NCBI RefSeq assembly: GCF_006345805.1
Contig: NC_043015.1
Location: forward strand, 39,990,001-40,054,000
Origin: Octopus sinensis
Taxonomy: Eukaryota
Reading direction: 5' to 3'
DNA: 64,000 nt
Part shown: piece after piece, positions 53,420 through 64,000 of the stretch
How the letters are laid out: the number at the start of each line of letters is the position of its first letter
How positions within the stretch are numbered: position 1 is the first letter of the stretch
Notes under the pieces: generated by a model
What the model was told of the DNA's origin: nothing
Seen by the model: the letters and a program-made list of their open reading frames with translations, nothing else
Database searches by the model: none
Made by a program: the position numbers and the translations under genes

Positions 53420-54256
53420 GTAAATAACTAATCAGCGATAAAATATTGAATAACAAGGGATATCATATGAAGAGTGGGATATATCAGTATTGGTGGATAT
53501 CACGTAGTACTGGATAACATATAGAGCCGGGTGATATAACGTTCTCCCTAATTCAGAGATTTATTAGAACGTCTGTGGTAGTCACATCGACTTGCAATAA
53601 AGGCGCTTTGAAACATGTCATTGGCACTGAGATATAATACTAGCAAATGTTCTAAATTTTCAGCAAGTTTCCATTGAACTCAAAATAGTTACCATGGTTA
53701 CCTTAGAGGATAACAAAGCACCCTCTCACTATGCAGATATTGTTAAATCAAAAGAAACCGATAAAAGAATTATCAGACTTAAAATGGGTGCTGTGGTTGA
53801 TTTGTTAAATTCTTCAAAGTTTTGTCACAGCATGGCCGCAGTTCAACGACTGAAGAAAGTAAATGAACGCACGTTTGTGTGTGTGTGTGTGTGTTTCTAG
53901 GTATGGTTGATGTATCATACCAAGTGTACCTAGAACTACATTGGCACAGTGTAAAAATACCCCGGGGTGGGGGAGTATTAGTCACTGCAACTTACTGTAG
54001 ATACATTCCATTTTACTTACATTCATTATTACTATTGTCCAGCCATGACCATCCCATTTTTTGTATATCTATGACTGTATTGTCCAACGTGTCCTTCCCT
54101 TTTTTTAAGACGGTAGGGTGAAATTAGGAGGATACTTCACTACTATTTCTAGGAGGCCAAAAGACCACATAGAGATTCCTTCGTTGTTGCTGTTCTCATT
54201 ACAACTGTTACCCTTGTTATTGATGTTGTTGTTGCTGTTGTTGTTGTTATTTCCAG

Positions 54257-54424
54257 GCAGTCCTTTCCACCCGACAGTTGTGAACCCAGATAGAGTGCGG
54301 GTGTTACTAGGTTCCAATAATCTACTAAATGCTGCCGAACTCCAATCCAACGACAAAATCCGAGTCCCACTTGTGGTGAATGAACAGAAGCAGTTGGAGT
54401 TCCACACGAGAGATGCCGGACCAG
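54257..54424 (+). CDS. Filamin-repeat protein exon 10 (SPFHPTVVNPDRVRV...TRDAGP)
   Basis: tttccag|GC ... CCA G|gtaagg; 168 nt, phase 1-1. Confidence 0.94.
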
Positions 54425-54470
54425 GTAAGGAGCATACGGGCACTCCGAGTATTACATTAATTTAAATAGC

Positions 54471-54555
<85 letters not shown>

Positions 54556-54820
54556 ATATAATATATATATATATACATATATATGAATTGTATAATATCG
54601 AACATACATATTGATGCAAACATGTACATATAATTTCTTGCATACGTGAAGAGGGTTGCGAAACGGCCGTAAACCTATGGATGTCACATGATTAAATAAA
54701 CCTATGTTCACCTCACAACACATACACACACACGCGTCATGTATATACATACAGGTGCGACACAAACACAATATGAGTATATGTGTATATAAATCAATAT
54801 AAATATATAAACTCTTTCAG

Positions 54821-54925
54821 GTGAATTAACTGCAGAAGTGTTAGGACCTACAAAGAAGGTTCCCATTATCATAGACTCTCCCAATTCGACCACCAAGATT
54901 ATTAGTTTTACCCCAAGAGAAGAAG
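54821..54925 (+). CDS. Filamin-repeat protein exon 11 (ELTAEVLGP...ISFTPREE)
   Basis: ctttcag|GT ... GAA G|gtaggt; 105 nt, phase 1-1. Confidence 0.94.
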
Positions 54926-55519
54926 GTAGGTTCACTTTGGCTGATATTTATATTTACGTATAAAAAATAAATGAGAGAAAAAATAGAAAAAAAGGGTCAC
55001 ATTGACTATGAATTATAATTCTATCTTCATGGTCAGATTATAGAGAAGAAAGGGCAAAACAGAATGAAGAATAAAACTAAACGTTTAGAGATAATAAAGT
55101 GATAAAAGTGATGAAGACTGACCATTTCTGTACTTATCAACTGCTTCTCTGTTTCTTCGAAGGATCTAAATTATCCTGTCTTTTGCGACAAACTACTTGT
55201 TTTTCTGTTTATTTATTTCTGAATTTTATATTTTGATTCTAATTGTATTTTGTCTGTCGCAATATCTGTAGCTTTAGTTTGGTCTGTAAACCGTTGAAAA
55301 TGACACATTCCTTTCGGCATGCATTCTCACATTGAGTGAAAAAACGGTAAGATCTATCGAAGGACGTATTTGAACGATCACCTGAGGAAGGGCATTTTAT
55401 ACTTTGGATGCAAGATAATGATTACATAACATCTCATCAATGTACTATGAGTGTAGAAATGTGCCGAAACAATTGTAGTGATTTTTATATAAAGAAAGTC
55501 GTTCATTTCATTGTCTATC

Positions 55520-55630
55520 ATTTATGTATGTATGTATTTATGTATGTATGTTTGTATGTATGTTTGTATATATGTATGTATGTATGTATGTACGTACGTA
55601 TGTGTGTATGTATGTGTGTGTATGTATGTA

Positions 55631-55663
<33 letters not shown>

Positions 55664-56228
55664 GAATGTATGTATGTATGTGTGTGTATGTATGTGTGTG
55701 TGTGTGTATGTATGTATATATGTTTATGTATGTATGTGTGTGTGTGTAGTATGTATGTATGTATGTATGTATGTATGTATGCATGCATGTATGTATGTAT
55801 GTATGTACGTATGCATATATGTATGCATGTATGTATGTATGTATGTATGTATGTGTGTATGTATGTATGTATGTATGCATGTATGTATGAATGTATGTAT
55901 GTATGTATGTATGTATGTATGTATGTATGTATGTGTGTGTGTATGTATGTATGTATGTATGTATGTATGTATGTATGTATGTATGTATGTGTGTGTGTAT
56001 GTATGTATGTGTGTGTATGTATGTATGTATGTATGTATGTGTGTGTGTGTATGTATGTATGTATGTATGTATGTATGTGTGTGTATGTATGTGTGTATGT
56101 GTTTATGTATGTATGCATGTATGTATGTATGTATGTATGTATGTATGTGTGTGTGTGTATGTATGTGTGTGTGTATGTATGTATGTATGTATGTATGTAT
56201 GTATGTATGTATGTATGTATGTATGTAT
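55520..56228. repeat. Large (ATGT)n/(GT)n compound microsatellite in intron 11; similar arrays at 52520-52830 and, in the opposite orientation, 47090-47420
   Basis: Direct reading. Confidence 0.95.
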
Positions 56229-56279
56229 TATATCGTCAAGTTCAACAGTAATATGAGAAATTCTTATTAAATATTTCAG

Positions 56280-56561
56280 GATCCCATCAAATTGAAATTT
56301 TCTGGTCTGGTTATGCATTACCCCGTTCCCCGTACGAGGGTTATGCCACCCAGCAACCAGTACAAAATGTGAGACCAGACGTACCGCTCTTTCTCTCGGT
56401 TCCAAACGACAAACGGCCCATAACTCCAACTCCTAGCGTAACTTCAAGCGGGAAGCGAAGTCCGAGTTTCCCCAAAGTGATTCTGAAAGGATATGGATTA
56501 AAAGAAGCCAAAGTTGGTTATCCTGCCAGCTTCACGGTGGATGGCACCGATGCCGACTATG
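56280..56561 (+). CDS. Filamin-repeat protein exon 12 (SHQIEIFWSG..LPRSPY, Pro/Ser linker, KVILKGYGLKEAKVGYPASFTVDGTDADY)
   Basis: atttcag|GA ... TAT G|gtaagt; 282 nt, phase 1-1. Confidence 0.94.
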
Positions 56562-57589
56562 GTAAGTTCCTGCAAGACCCTTCTTTACATGTGTATTTAG
56601 CTTTGTTGTTGTAGAGTGATCAATTGATGTGCATTTGTTCTCCAGCTCACCTTTTCCGTGGCAAGTCACGGAGTCTTCTATGGCCGATGCGAGAGACCCC
56701 TAGTGGTGGATATATTATTGTTTGAATTTGAGGAATTTTACACCTTTTTTTATTAACATTATTCACTCATCGTAGAAGGAAGCGTATCATGAATTTTGAA
56801 CAATCCGCCTACACACACAGACACACTTTTACAGATTGGAGAGGTTGATGTAGATGATGATCTGTATATAGTCAATCTTTCTTCCTCAGAACTGCTTCCC
56901 ACTGGAAACTTCCTCCTCCTCGCCCTGTTGTTTTCTTCTACAAACGTTAACTTTCTGAATTACAAGCTGAACATTACCATATTAATGTCCCCTGTATCAG
57001 ACAACCTGTGATGAGTTAATGTACTCCCTTAATGTACTCTATTAATGTACTCTCTTTGTTCCCTCAACAATGTTCGTAAGTTACTGTACTCTCCTTACAA
57101 TGGTCATGTGTTACAGTGTTCCCTTTTACAATAACCGCGGGTTACTCTCCTTTCGATGGCGGTTGGTTATTGTTCTTGCCTTCGAATGGTGTTCCTCCCT
57201 TCTAACATTGGTTGTGGTTTCATCAAACCCCTCATACAATGATCGTAGGTTACCGGTCCCTCCTCTCCTCACTAACTTTTGTCTATTTAAACCCAAGAAA
57301 CACGATTGATGATCTCTAACACACCCCCATTACTACATTTGATTCTCAATGATTAATATTTCTTCAACTACACCAATGGCATTTATTAATTCGATGGAGG
57401 GTAAGACAGTTTCTAACGTACTGGGTAACAAACCACGGGGTCAGTGGCTCGTTTTGTTTCATCACTACTTAATTGTATCAGAAGTCAACATTAGACTTAC
57501 AGCTGTTTCATTAACTTTTAAAACGATGCAGTATGCAATTTATTTATTCTTGATGCGCAATGTGAAAATGAAGTCTCAGTGGGATCTTA

Positions 57590-58300
57590 TGAGCCCAATG
57601 ACTTAAAAACTCAATTACTCAAACTCCTTTTGACTCAGTAATTCAACGACCCAAAGACTCACAGACCTGATCACACAATGGTTCGATGACCCAACTACTC
57701 AATGACCCATTCAGTTATTTGACTCAGTAACTCAACACCCCAAAGGTCCGACCACTCAACGATCCAATACCCCTGTAACAAAATAATGCAACAGCTTAAT
57801 GACTTAGTGACACACTGACTCTATGTTACGATGACCTTGTGACCCAATAACCAGGTGGTCCACTGACCCAGTGACACAATAACTCCATGACGCGGTGACC
57901 CAGTGACAATATGATCCACTGATACAGGAATATAATCATTCAGTAGCACAAGGAACTAATGATCAAGTTCCCTAGTGACAACATGACCTTGTGACACAAT
58001 GACACAGTGACTTGGTGACACAATGACTCAATGACCGAATGACACAATAACTCAATGACTTTGTGACACAATACCCAATGACCTTGTGACACAATGACTC
58101 AATGATCTTATGACACAATCACCTTGTGACACAATCACCTTGTGACACAATGACTCAATGATTTTGTGAAACAAAAGCCCAATGACCTTGTTACACAATG
58201 ACCCATTGACACTGAAACCTTGTGACACAATAGTCCAGTGACCTTGTGACCCAGTAACCCAATGACCTCGTATCCCAATGTCCTAATGATCCAATGATAC
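57590..58300. repeat. Degenerate TGAC-rich minisatellite (tgaccttgtgacacaatgactcaa)n
   Basis: Recurrent tgacacaa, tgacccag and aatgac units. Confidence 0.75.
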
Positions 58301-59133
58301 AATATATCAGGAACCTCACCATTCATTCATTCACCATGAACCAAATGGAAGAATAAGATTTTTAAAGATAATTATTAAACATTGTATAAACGTTATCTAA
58401 TGAAATTATGTAACATTATTTAAGCATTTAAAATTATAAAACTTTTCAAAGTAAATCATCAATGTGCAACAGATGTGGCTGTGTGGTAAGAAGCTTGCTT
58501 CATAACCACATGGTTCTGGGTTCAATCCCACTGAGTGGTTCCTAGCGAAAGTATCTTCTACTACAACCTCAGGCCGATCAAAGCCTTCTGAACGGATTTG
58601 ATAGACGGAAACTGAAAGAAGCCCGGCACATGCGTGTTTCTTTTATGTGTTTGTTTGTCTCTCATGCTGCTTGACAAGCAATGTCAGCGTGCTTAATTTC
58701 CAATGACTTAGTGTTTCAGCATCGATCGAGTATACTTGTAATGAAATATACTCCAACCATGACCATCCCCTCTGGTTCTCAGACAGAATTTATTCAGGTC
58801 CACATAATTTAATATGGTATATAATTCAGGCCCACATCATTTAATACGGGATATCATTTAAGATGATAGAGTCAGGTGTAAATTTGAGAGGGATTTGACT
58901 GTTATTTCCAGCAGATCGAGTAACCAGGGATTCCCTCAGGGGTCATCTTCAACAAGGTTTATTGCTTGCTCTTTTGTTGTGTTTGGGGAGAGTCATTTTC
59001 TTTTTGTGCCTTATAATGTAACACACTCACCGGTAAAATTTCCACTTATTCCTTATTTTTATTTTCCTAACATTTTCGTTGCGTCTGGCAACCTTTTCAA
59101 TTTGTTATCCATTTATTATTCCTGTATTTCCAG

Positions 59134-59430
59134 GTGAACCCTATGCAAAACTCACTGGTTACAACCAACAAGATGCTGTTGAAGTCTACACTCGACATCT
59201 TGGTCAAAATGTATACATGTGTGAATACACCCCTGTAAAGCCAGGAGCACATCTCCTCTCCATATTATGGAATGGTCGCAAACTGAAAGGGTCACCCTAT
59301 AAAGTAAACGTTCACCCACCGGATTACCATCAAAAGATCCTGATGGTGGATGATTTTCCTAAAAGATTACAGAACCCCACAGTTGGTAGCCGGCTTAGTC
59401 TAAAGTTCAACCCCCAAGACGGTGGAATTG
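59134..59430 (+). CDS. Filamin-repeat protein exon 13 (EPYAKLTG...YTPVKPGAHLLSILWNGRKLKGSPYKVNV...QDGGI); the gene continues beyond the window
   Basis: tttccag|GT ... ATT G|gtaagc; 297 nt, phase 1-1. Confidence 0.95.
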
Positions 59431-59474
59431 GTAAGCATCTTTTCCTTTCTATTCTTGTATATTAAATAATAATT

Positions 59475-60105
59475 ATTTCGTTTTTGGATTTGGTTTGCAA
59501 GATTCTTTATATGAGTTCGTGTGTTGAAGCATATTCTGTTGTATCTGGGTAGAGTCAATCTCTTTTTGTGCCTTATAATGTAACACATGCACCGGTAAAA
59601 TTTCCACTTTTTTCTTATTTTTATTTTTCTAAAATTTTTGTTGCGTCTTACAACTTTTTCAATAGTCTTGACTCTCAAAACTATTGAAAAGGTTGCAAGA
59701 CACAACGAAAATTTTAGACAAATAAAAATAATATTTGTTTCATTAAAATTTTTTGATGTAAACAATGAAGAATTGCCAGGAAACTGAATCGGTAAACTGT
59801 TTATAGGAAGCTTTTCTGTAAATGTTTTTGCTGTAGAAAAATTCACTGTAAGAAATCTTTTTTTTTTAAATGACCTCATCACCTTCTTTTAATATTTGAT
59901 GCTAAACGGTCATTGAGAAGTTTGCCAGAAGCAACGAAAGAGCTTTGTCAAACAAAAACAAAGCAATCAGATATTTGATAAATGAGTGGAAATGAACCAG
60001 TGTCTGTATTAATTGGATTATTGACTCTCCTTAGGCACAACAAAATTTGTTTCAACACACAAATTCACATAAAGAATCTTGCAAACTAAATTCTAAAAAA
60101 TGAAG
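59475..60105. mobile_element. MITE-like element with ~55-bp imperfect TIRs and an internal palindrome (~59630-59720); related fragment at 58985-59100
   Basis: tttgcaagattctttatatgagttcgtgtgttgaa vs ttcaacacacaaattcacataaagaatcttgcaaa. Confidence 0.55.
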
Positions 60106-60413
60106 TTAAATAAAGATTCGTCTATTTAATGCTTTCACAAAACCTTTATAATTTTTTTTTATTAAAATAATTCTGATATAAAACTCCTTATCAATGTCCA
60201 TGTTGCGAATTTGTCTCATGCGGAATTTGTCTTATGGTGGATTTTCCTCTACAGCAAAATTTCTTATGATGAAGTTTCAAGACACACTGTAAATTAATTA
60301 CAATTCACAGTTGTAATTATTTTACTTCACTTAACAACACTTGTACTCTTGGGGAAAGGCATAAACATCACAACTTGTACAAATCTTATTGAGAACATAA
60401 ATGAACATAAATA

Positions 60414-60832
60414 GGCGCAGGAGTGGCTGTGTGGTAAGTAGCTTGCTTACCACACCACATGGTTCCAGGTTCAGTCCCACTGCGTGGCATCTTGGGCAAG
60501 TGTCTTCTGCTATAGCCCCGGGCCGACCAATGCCTTGTGAGTGGATTTGGTAGATGGAAACTGAAAGAATCCTGTCGTATATATGCATATATATATGTAT
60601 GTGTGTGTATATGTTTGTGTGTCTGTGTTTGTCCCTCTAGCATCGCTTGACAGCCGATGCTGGTGTGTTTACGTCCCCGTCACTTAGCAGTTTGGTAAAA
60701 AGAGACCGATAGAATAAGTACTGGGCTTCCAAAGAATAAGTCGTGGGGTCGATTTGCTCGACTAAAGGCGGTGCTCCAGCATGGCCGCAGTCAAATGACT
60801 GAAACAAGTAAAAGAGTAAAGAGTAAAGAGAA
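60414..60832 (+). mobile_element. Full-length SINE, family A
   Basis: Near-identical to 44655-45060. Confidence 0.85.
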
Positions 60833-61689
60833 GTGAAAAGAAATGAAGACATTTCAATCTGGAATTGAAACCATGTTATAAATGAGTGTGTCCAAGTTGT
60901 GCTATGATGTTAACCAACCATTTCTTAGAACACAAGATATTAGATTTAAAGCTTTGAGGAAAGGAGAGCAAATTTCAATAATGTCTTTCTCAAGACTATC
61001 AGGAATATATTTGGAATGGAATAGCAACATCTGAGGATGGAAACCAGCTCAGTTCGGTGGAGGCTGGCCTTTATTCTAGAACACTCACCCAGTAAAGTGA
61101 TGATGATGTAACCTGAGAGTTTAACTTCTCAGTGGTCTTCAGACCTTTAAATGGGATTGTTTGGTTTATGGACACACTGTGATGGTCAGTCCATAAACTG
61201 ACCATACAGTATGATCAGTTACCTGAATGACCACCCCAATGTGGGTAGCCAGTTAAATGATCACCAAAATATAATTTAATCAGTTTTTAAAATATTTCCA
61301 GCTAATTGAATATTAATTTTAGTTTTTTAAGAGATAATATTTTATATTTCAATTTTCCAGCCTGTTTGATACTATGTTCTGATTGACGCCTTACCTATCT
61401 ACCCACCTGCCTACATACCTGCTTATCTAAACATCCACCCACCAGCCTTCCTGCCTACCACCAACCAATCAACACACCTATCCACCTATTCCCCTACTTA
61501 TCTACCTACCAGTGTACACACCTTGCTAGCTACTCACTTATCTATCCACCTACCAATCAACATACCTGGCCACTTAACAAAATATCTACCCACTAGTCTA
61601 TCAACTTGCTTACCTATGTACTTGCCAATCTTCCAATCTACCTATTTATTTGCCTACATACCTGCTTACCTACCAACATACTTGCATAT

Positions 61690-62100
61690 ATACATATATG
61701 GTGGTTGTCTACTCCTCATGTGGAATCTGACCACTTCTTGTACTTACACATTAGATCCATCATGGAGTTTAATGTGGCTTTTTAAACCAGGCAATGTATT
61801 GAAAAGACACCCACATAGATTGCATATCTAATTTGGACCACCAAGAGCTGCAGATAAGTTCTGATCTTTGTGGATCTTAAGATGTCTTTTGAGGCCTCCA
61901 TTAGATTTGCAAACCTTCTGGCATACATTGCATTGAAAGGTGTGCACAGATATAAAGGCAGAATAGTTGGTGGGGGTTCGTTTTCCATGGATTTGTAAGA
62001 TGTGGTTTGAGTCCAGCAAAAGAAAGCATGGTCTGTCACAAACTGTGCACACAAAAAGGAGATTGTGATTCACTTTCTTGATCATAACATTCAACATAAA
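61690..62100 (-). mobile_element. Disrupted triple C2H2 zinc-finger relic, probably an RTE-type LINE 3' end
   Basis: CTVCDRPC..(frameshift)..H, then CNVCQKVCKSNGGLKRHLKIH, then a stop and CNLCGCLFNTLPGLKSHIKLH; no TGEKP linkers. Confidence 0.55.
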
Positions 62101-62109
62101 TACATACAT

Positions 62110-62320
62110 ACATCATCATCATCATCATCGTTTAACGTCCTCTTTCCATGCTAGCATGGGTTGGACGATTTGACTGAGGACTGGCAAACCAGATGGCTGC
62201 ACCAGGCTCCAATCTGATCTGGCAGAGTGTTTCTACAGCTGGATGCCCTTCCTAACGCCAACCATTCTGAGAGTGTAGTGGGCGCTTTTACGTGCCACTG
62301 GCACGAGAGCCAACCATCAT
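62110..62320 (-). mobile_element. Retroposon family C with an (ATG)n tail (other copies near 6940-7130, 8480-8630, 15560-15705, 18660-18840, 21645-21825)
   Basis: catcatcatcgtttaacgtcc..ttccatgctagcatgggttggac..ggatgcccttcctaacgccaacca. Confidence 0.75.
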
Positions 62321-62954
62321 ACATACTATCACTCTACCTATTTAGCTAACTGCATAACCATCCAGTTACTTATACATCTACTTACCTGTGTACCTGCCAA
62401 CTTACCTATCTACCAAACTACTTGCCTACAAACTTACCTGTCTACATTTTCCTACTTACCCACTCACCTCTCTACTTATTTGCCTGCACAGATGTCTATC
62501 TCCCTGCTTACCAACAACACCTATCTCCCTATATACCTTTTTACCTGCCTACCCATCTACCTCCATAACAACCTACCTGTGTACCGACCTCCCTACCTAT
62601 CTATCCACCTATTCATCTACCACTCAACTCATTACACCACCCACCTAGACTTCTAATAGAGTTAATTCATGCTATTTAATTAATTAATTACCCTCTAATC
62701 AACTATCCTACTACCTAATTACCTGAAGTAATTATACTAATCTATTTACGCTACTTAATAAACTCATTTCCAATTGACCCATTCTGTTACCTTACTAATT
62801 ACTTACAAATCAACTAATTACTAATTAAAATTATTGTGGTTTAAGTTTTTTGATGAACAAATATCACATGTGAACTATACACAACCAGTCTTATCTTTCA
62901 TATTTTAATCCCTCCGAGGCTTATATCCTCACTTGTACCTTGATATATACATAC

Positions 62955-62986
<32 letters not shown>

Positions 62987-63558
62987 ACATGTTCATACAC
63001 ACATGCATACTTATATATACATACACACATATTTCCATACATAAATACATACCAACTAACATACAACCCATTACAAATACAATCTATAAGTGGAACAGTA
63101 AAAATATACAAGACTTTTCTCAAGTTTAAAATGTGACTTTGTTTTTATTATCTACATTCCAATGATAGAGCTTTGTTTCTTTGTCAGAAACTAGCTCCTT
63201 CCTCAGAAGAAGAATTTAAATAATTAAAAACAGAAGAGAACCATACCTACCTTGGTGGGCTTCTATTAAATTTGGTTCATTCAGAACCAAATTTAAATGA
63301 GGTCTAATAAGGCTGAAACCCCGATATATCAAAAATAAAACCCATGTGGCCTCTGTAAGTGTTATTAGGATTATCCCAAAATAATTTGAATTATCAAGGT
63401 TAAAGATATAATATTTTATGTTAAAAATATAACAAAGTTCTTCACAGGTGTTTTTTCTGTAATTAAGGCAAAGCAAATGTTTTGTTTTGTTGTTTTTTTT
63501 TTGCCCTTCTTTTCCTGCTTGTTGTTTGGGTTCGAACACACAACCTTCTCTTTACTAG

Positions 63559-63723
63559 ACCAAGAAACAATCACTAAGATTTACATAGTGAAACCAGAAG
63601 AAACAACAGGAAAACGGAAACCTTGGTTGGTGCGTGGGCTCAAACGGTTTTTTAAGAAACGGCGGCGACCTCATGTCCACCAAGAAGCACTGAAGACATC
63701 GGTCAATAAACACAAATCTGGGT
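63559..63723 (+). CDS. Candidate alternative exon of the filamin-like gene (QETITKIYIVKPEETTGKRKPWLVRGLKRFFKKRRRPHVHQEALKTSVNKHKSG)
   Basis: ccttctctttactag|AC ... GGG T|gtaagt; 165 nt, phase 1-1, open in frame with exon 13; sequence is not filamin-like. Confidence 0.55.
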
Positions 63724-64000
63724 GTAAGTATAGGCTCTGAGGTGGATGATGACAACGATGCTGAGGATGATGATGAGGACGATGATGATGATAAATGATG
63801 ATGATGTTGATGATGATCCTAGAGACACATATATGTGTGTACATGTAGTCTAGCTGCACCCTTTCTTTGGCTTAAAACCCTAAACTGCTAGATACTTGCC
63901 AAAGCTGAGCGCATAAAATGAAAGCCCTCTCTCTGTCTCTTCCTTTCTTAGAACTATTTAGTACAAGCTTTTGTGTGAGACTCCTTTAGCGCAGATATTT

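Noticed and set aside
1437-56270. Many long ORFs rich in HTHT, YIYI, MYVC or CVCV (for example 1437-2168, 12030-12890, 46986-47508, 55511-56270)
   Set aside because: They are translations of (CA)n, (TA)n and (ATGT)n microsatellites that lack stops in some frames; no splice or domain support.
61350-61390. Acceptor-like attttccag as the next filamin exon
   Set aside because: In-frame stop after 8 codons and no filamin motif.

Overview
This is AT-rich, microsatellite-saturated eukaryotic DNA. The SINE families and repeat landscape look like a coleoid cephalopod such as Octopus; that is an inference. Nearly all ORFs in the supplied track are microsatellite artefacts. The one well-supported gene is a + strand filamin-repeat (jitterbug/filamin-like) gene. 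I assembled it by hand from 13 GT-AG exons (ATG at 41218 through 59430; 2200 nt, about 733 aa; about 6 Ig-like filamin repeats plus the start of a 7th). It has no N-terminal calponin-homology actin-binding domain and continues beyond the window. A candidate extra in-frame exon at 63559-63723 encodes a polybasic, NLS-like peptide. A possible first exon and promoter of a - strand gene lies near 27.6-28.0 kb. The rest is tRNA-derived SINEs, LINE relics (R4/Dong, CR1-like, RTE-like), a Helitron, MITEs, tandem repeats and a 100-N gap. The most unusual signals are: (1) minimal type I hammerhead ribozyme motifs of the Penelope type, one with an intact core in filamin intron 5 and one with a compensatory U3:A8 core inside a 228-bp-arm palindrome; (2) SINE concatemers that share one fixed junction; (3) a 132-bp inverted templated insertion; (4) a CpG-decay boundary near 26-28 kb.
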